A stretch of 51,574 nt of DNA from Betaproteobacteria bacterium (GTDB lineage Bacteria; Pseudomonadota; Gammaproteobacteria; Burkholderiales; SG8-41), in the NCBI GenBank assembly GCA_025353085.1, contig JANXRI010000212.1, positions 1 through 51,574 on the forward strand. Reading direction: 5' to 3'. The first letter of the stretch is position 1. Each line of letters starts with the position of its first letter. Under the pieces are notes generated by a model. The model ran no database searches and was not told the DNA's origin. It saw only the letters and a list, made by a program, of their open reading frames with translations. Position numbers and translations under genes: made by a program. Positions 47,728 through 51,574 of this stretch are shown here, piece after piece.

Positions 47728-48237
47728 ATGTCTGCACGGCCTCTCATCGATAGTGTTGAATTTGCCAGCGCCGGTGAGCAGTTAAGCGGCAGCGTGCCTG
47801 TCAGCGAATTTGCGAGGCTCGGCGACAGCCTGCATGACGCGGCCGGTGCATTGCAATTCGAGGTGAAGGGCGGTCGCGATTCCCGGCAACGGTTGCGATT
47901 GCATATGACAGTCACAGGCAAGGTCGATCTACTGTGCCAACGTTGTCTGGGCAAACTGATATACCCGCTGTCGATTCAGACGAACTTGCTGGTTTTGTCT
48001 AACGGCTCAGAGGCCGACACAGGAGAGATAGACGATCTCGACGGCGTGCCGGCCACTGCGCAGACGGATGTGTGGTCGCTGGTGGAAGACGAAGTTATGC
48101 TGGCAATTCCGCTTGCGCCGCGACATGCAGAGGATCAATGCAGTCCGGCGGTTAAGGCAGCAGGCGACCCTGCTGCCTCGCCATTTGCGGCGCTGGCCAA
48201 GCTGGCGCAGGAACTTAATACCAAGAATCGAACGTAA
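47728..48237 (+). CDS. yceD: YceD (DUF177) large-subunit ribosomal RNA accumulation protein
   Basis: It sits directly upstream of rpmF. It has a CQRC motif and an acidic C-terminal half. The start is placed at ATG 47728. Confidence 0.88.
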   Translation: MSARPLIDSVEFASAGEQLSGSVPVSEFARLGDSLHDAAGALQFEVKGGRDSRQRLRLHMTVTGKVDLLCQRCLGKLIYPLSIQTNLLVLSNGSEADTGEIDDLDGVPATAQTDVWSLVEDEVMLAIPLAPRHAEDQCSPAVKAAGDPAASPFAALAKLAQELNTKNRT

Positions 48238-48249
48238 AGGAGTTTCAAA

Positions 48250-48429
48250 ATGGCAGTTCAGCAGAACAAAAAGTCACCCTCGAAGCGCGGCATGCACCGC
48301 TCGCACGATTTTCTGAATGCGCCGCCGTTGGCCGTCGAGCCGACCACCGGCGAAGTGCATTTGCGTCACCACATCAGCCCCACCGGCTATTACCGCGGAA
48401 AAAAAGTCGTCAAAACCAAAGACGAGTAA
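48250..48429 (+). CDS. rpmF: 50S ribosomal protein L32
   Basis: Hand-translated as [59 protein letters not shown] (59 aa). It is absent from the ORF track, presumably because it is under 60 aa. Confidence 0.95.
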   Translation: MAVQQNKKSPSKRGMHRSHDFLNAPPLAVEPTTGEVHLRHHISPTGYYRGKKVVKTKDE

Positions 48430-48505
48430 GGTCGGCGAGGTTCGTGTCGATTCGCGTGTTTCTGCGCGCAGTAGCCAGTCCGGTTCGTGCCGGCGGGGGC
48501 ATTAA

Positions 48506-49522
48506 ATGGACATAACGGTCGCCGTCGACTGCATGGGCGGCGATCATGGCCCGCACGTAACGGTCCCCGCGGCGCTCGATTTCCTGCAGCGTTGCGAGGA
48601 GGTAAATGTCATCCTCGTCGGCCTTGAGGACGATATCAAGGTAGAACTGCGCAAAGCGCGGCGCGAGTTGGCCGGGCGGACTTCCATACAGCATGCGAGC
48701 GAAACGGTCGGCATGGACGAAGCGCCGGCCAGCGCCTTGCGCGGAAAAAAAGATTCCTCCATGCGAGTGGCCGTAAACCTCGTCAAAGACGGCGCTGCTC
48801 ATGCATGCGTTAGCGCCGGCAATACGGGCGCCCTGATGGCGATATCGCGTTTCGTGCTGAAAACCCTGCCTGACATCGAGCGTCCGGCCATTTGCTCAGT
48901 TCTGCCCACGGTGAATGGTCGGACTTACATGCTCGATTTGGGCGCCAATGTCGATTGCACCGCCGAGCATCTGTTGCAGTTCGGCGTTATGGGCGCGATG
49001 CTGGTGAGCGCGGTGGAAAACAAGGAGCGGCCAAGCGTCGGCCTGCTTAATATCGGCGAAGAAGAAATCAAAGGCAGCGAAGTCGTCAAGCACGCGGCGG
49101 AATTATTGCGCTCGAGCGGGCTCAATTTTTACGGCAATGTCGAGGGCGACGATATCTATAAGGGCACAACCGACGTCGTGGTATGCGATGGATTCGTCGG
49201 CAACGTCACGCTCAAGGCCTCCGAAGGCATCGCGCGTATGCTGGGCACTTATTTGCGTGAGGAATTCAACCGCAATTTATTGACACGCGCAGCGAGTCTT
49301 GCGGCACTGCCAGTGCTAAACGCATTCAAGCGGCGCTTCGATCCGCGCAACTACAACGGCGCGACGCTTTTGGGATTGCGCGGCATCGTGGTCAAGAGCC
49401 ACGGATCGGCCGACCGCGTGTCGTTTAGAATTGCCATCGGCCGCGCGGCCGACGAAGCACGCAGCGGTGTGCTCGTCAAGATCACCGAGCGCATGTTGGT
49501 CATACAGGAAAACGCCGCGTGA
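48506..49522 (+). CDS. plsX: Phosphate acyltransferase PlsX
   Basis: Motifs [14 protein letters not shown] and [11 protein letters not shown]. Length is 338 aa. Confidence 0.96.
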   Translation: MDITVAVDCMGGDHGPHVTVPAALDFLQRCEEVNVILVGLEDDIKVELRKARRELAGRTSIQHASETVGMDEAPASALRGKKDSSMRVAVNLVKDGAAHACVSAGNTGALMAISRFVLKTLPDIERPAICSVLPTVNGRTYMLDLGANVDCTAEHLLQFGVMGAMLVSAVENKERPSVGLLNIGEEEIKGSEVVKHAAELLRSSGLNFYGNVEGDDIYKGTTDVVVCDGFVGNVTLKASEGIARMLGTYLREEFNRNLLTRAASLAALPVLNAFKRRFDPRNYNGATLLGLRGIVVKSHGSADRVSFRIAIGRAADEARSGVLVKITERMLVIQENAA

Positions 49523-49564
49523 TTTATTCGCGCATCGTGGGTACCGGCAGTTATCTGCCCGCCA

Positions 49565-50476
49565 ATGTCCAGCAACGCAGATCTCGCGAGCCGGGTCGAC
49601 ACCTCCGATGAATGGATCCGCACGCGCACAGGAATCCACCAGCGTCATCTCGCGGACCCGGGACAAATGTCGAGCGACCTTGCGCATCAGGCGGCGCTTC
49701 AGGCGCTGTCTGCGGCGGGCATTGCGGCGGCGGATCTTGATTTAATTATTGTTGCAACCTCAACGCCGGATTTTATTTTCCCGAGCACCGCGTGCGTGCT
49801 GCAGGCCAAGCTGGGCGCCGCGCGTTGCCCGGCCTTCGACGTGCAGGCGGTGTGTGCGGGCTTCGTTTATGCGCTCGACATCGCGGATAAATTCATCCGC
49901 AGCGGGGCGTATAAGCGCGCCCTCGTGGTCGGCACTGAAGTGTTTTCGCGGATTCTCGACTGGAGTGACCGCGGCACTTGCGTGTTATTCGGCGATGGCG
50001 CCGGCGCGGTAATCCTCGCGGCGGCTGACAGGCCCGGCGTGCGCGCGAGCGTGTTACATGCGGACGGTTCGCACGCGGGGATATTGTCGACGCCAGGCCA
50101 GTTGTGCGGCGGCAAGGTTACCGGCGATCCGTTTTTACGAATGGATGGACAGGCGGTGTTCAAACTGGCTGTGCGCGTGCTCGATGAAGTGGCGCGCGAG
50201 ACACTTGCCTTGTGCGAGATGCAGCCCGCCGACGTAGACTGGTTGATTCCGCATCAGGCCAACGTGCGCATTCTGGACGCGACCGCCAAAAAATTGGGCA
50301 TCTCTCCCGCTAAAACCATCATGACCGTCGACCGTCATGCCAATACCTCCGCCGCTTCGATACCGTTGGCGCTCGACGTCGCGGTGCGTGACGGACGCAT
50401 CAAAGCCGGCGACAAAGTGTTGCTCGCGGGCGTCGGTGGTGGCTTGACCTGGGGCGCAGTGTTCGTTGAGATTTAG
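49565..50476 (+). CDS. fabH: 3-oxoacyl-ACP synthase III (FabH); the listed ORF lacks its conserved N-terminus, which is encoded upstream in another frame
   Basis: Catalytic Cys in [15 protein letters not shown], His in [10 protein letters not shown] and Asn in [12 protein letters not shown], plus GGGLTWGA. The canonical N-terminus [17 protein letters not shown] is encoded from GTG 49519 in a different frame. Confidence 0.9.
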   Translation: MSSNADLASRVDTSDEWIRTRTGIHQRHLADPGQMSSDLAHQAALQALSAAGIAAADLDLIIVATSTPDFIFPSTACVLQAKLGAARCPAFDVQAVCAGFVYALDIADKFIRSGAYKRALVVGTEVFSRILDWSDRGTCVLFGDGAGAVILAAADRPGVRASVLHADGSHAGILSTPGQLCGGKVTGDPFLRMDGQAVFKLAVRVLDEVARETLALCEMQPADVDWLIPHQANVRILDATAKKLGISPAKTIMTVDRHANTSAASIPLALDVAVRDGRIKAGDKVLLAGVGGGLTWGAVFVEI

Positions 50477-50478
50477 GG

Positions 50479-51423
50479 ATGGAGATGAAGCTCGCATTGG
50501 TATTTCCGGGACAAGGATCACAGGCGGTCGGCATGCTGCAAAGTTTCGCCGACAGCAAACCCGTGCGCGATACGTTTACCGAAGCCGCCGACGTGCTCGG
50601 GCAGGATTTGTGGCAGCTCGCAGCCGATGGTCCGGCGGAAGACCTCAACTCGACGGTCAATACTCAGCCGCTGATGCTGACCGCTGGCTACGCGGTTTAT
50701 CGCGCGTGGCAGGATGCGGGCGGGGGACAGCCAGCGATCGTGGCCGGGCATAGTCTCGGTGAATACACCGCGCTGGTGGTCGCAGGCGTGGTGAGTTTGC
50801 GCGACGCGCTGCCACTCGTGCGGCTGCGCGCCCAAGCGATGCAGGGGGCGGTGCCCGTGGGGACCGGCGCGATGGCCGCAATACTGGGCCTCGATAATGA
50901 CGCGGTGCGTGTCGCGTGCGCTGAGGCTGCGCAAGGTGAAATTGTCGAAGCAGTCAACTTCAACGCGCCGAGCCAGGTCGTGATTGCCGGCCATAAGGCG
51001 GCGGTCGAGCGCGCCGCTGCCATTGCCAAAGCGAAAGGCGCCAGGCGTGCCGTGATGTTGCCGGTCAGTGCGCCATTCCATGCTTCTTTGCTCAAGCCTG
51101 CAGCCGCGCGCCTCGAACAAGTGCTCGCGAGCCTCACTTTCAATGCGCCGCGGATATCGGTCATCAACAACGTGGACGTCGCTGTCGTAACAGACCCGGC
51201 GCAAATTAAAAACGCGCTCGCACGTCAGGCGTGCAATCCCGTGCGGTGGGTAGAAGTGATTCAGCACATGGCGCGCAGTGGTGTAACCCACGTAGGCGAG
51301 TGTGGTCCGGGCAAAGTGCTGACCGGCATGACAAAGCGAATCGACAGCAGTTTGCACGGATTCGCCATCGCCGACGCCGCGTCGCTCATGCAGTCAGTAC
51401 AGACATTTCCACGGGCGGCGTGA
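50479..51423 (+). CDS. fabD: Malonyl-CoA-ACP transacylase
   Basis: Motif LVFPGQGSQAVGM and active-site GHSLGEYTALV. An alternative ATG lies at 50485. Confidence 0.96.
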   Translation: MEMKLALVFPGQGSQAVGMLQSFADSKPVRDTFTEAADVLGQDLWQLAADGPAEDLNSTVNTQPLMLTAGYAVYRAWQDAGGGQPAIVAGHSLGEYTALVVAGVVSLRDALPLVRLRAQAMQGAVPVGTGAMAAILGLDNDAVRVACAEAAQGEIVEAVNFNAPSQVVIAGHKAAVERAAAIAKAKGARRAVMLPVSAPFHASLLKPAAARLEQVLASLTFNAPRISVINNVDVAVVTDPAQIKNALARQACNPVRWVEVIQHMARSGVTHVGECGPGKVLTGMTKRIDSSLHGFAIADAASLMQSVQTFPRAA

Positions 51424-51574
51424 TGCTCAACGGACAAGTCGCATTAGTCACCGGCGCAACACGCGGCATCGGCCAGGCGATTGCACTCGCGCTCGGCAAG
51501 CAGGGCGCCGTCGTGGCCGGAACTGCCACCACTGAAGCGGGCGCACAGACAATCAACGCCTACCTCTTTGCCGC
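51423..51574 (+). CDS. fabG: 3-oxoacyl-ACP reductase FabG, N-terminal part (3' end lies outside the window)
   Basis: VALVTGATRGIGQAIA Rossmann motif. The ATG overlaps the fabD stop (TGATG). It sits in the fabH-fabD-fabG order. Confidence 0.9.
   Translation, partial: MLNGQVALVTGATRGIGQAIALALGKQGAVVAGTATTEAGAQTINAYLFA

Overview
This 51.6 kb window is high-GC (roughly 60% by eye) and is almost entirely conserved core chromosome with a Betaproteobacteria-type gene order. All calls come from reading motifs and synteny; no search or alignment was run.

The housekeeping blocks, in order, are:
- smc(3' part)-zipA-ligA-galU, a purine PRTase, an MTA/MTI phosphorylase and def
- glnD-map on the minus strand, divergent from rpsB
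- rpsB-tsf-pyrH-frr-uppS-cdsA-dxr-rseP-bamA-skp-lpxD-fabZ-lpxA-lpxB-rnhB
- a TrmH-family methyltransferase, then ppsR divergent from ppsA
- pyrG-kdsA-eno-ftsB, with folD on the minus strand
- rne on the minus strand, divergent from rluC, followed by a HAD hydrolase, a Rieske protein and sppA
- an RsmI-like methylase and maf on the minus strand, divergent from yceD-rpmF-plsX-fabH-fabD-fabG(5' part)

No rRNA, tRNA, CRISPR array, intact IS element or recognisable defence system was seen. Only two stretches look accessory:
1. 25.5-27.8 kb: a divergent pair wedged between rnhB and the TrmH-family gene. It consists of a GT-B glycosyltransferase and an EgtB-like DinB + FGE-sulfatase enzyme. This resembles the SenB/SenA selenoneine pair, but no adjacent selD/senC is present.
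2. 37.1-40.2 kb: a gap between folD and rne holding orphan ORFs. These are a Gly/Ser/Thr-rich low-complexity ORF whose antisense frame is Pro-rich, a lipoprotein, two further hypotheticals, and what look like eroded gene fragments (a Bug/TctC-type C-terminus and a recombinase-like HTH).

Other observations read directly from the sequence:
- A 56-bp direct repeat copies the kdsA 5' end. It creates a 44-codon upstream ORF whose stop overlaps the kdsA ATG.
- fabH has an apparent frameshift that separates its conserved N-terminus from the rest of the gene.
- rpmF is absent from the ORF track because it is under 60 aa.
- A near-consensus promoter abuts the yceD start codon.
- Several convergent gene pairs have no spacer between them.

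I did not find convincing evidence for a novel multi-gene system. The two accessory stretches are the best candidates.
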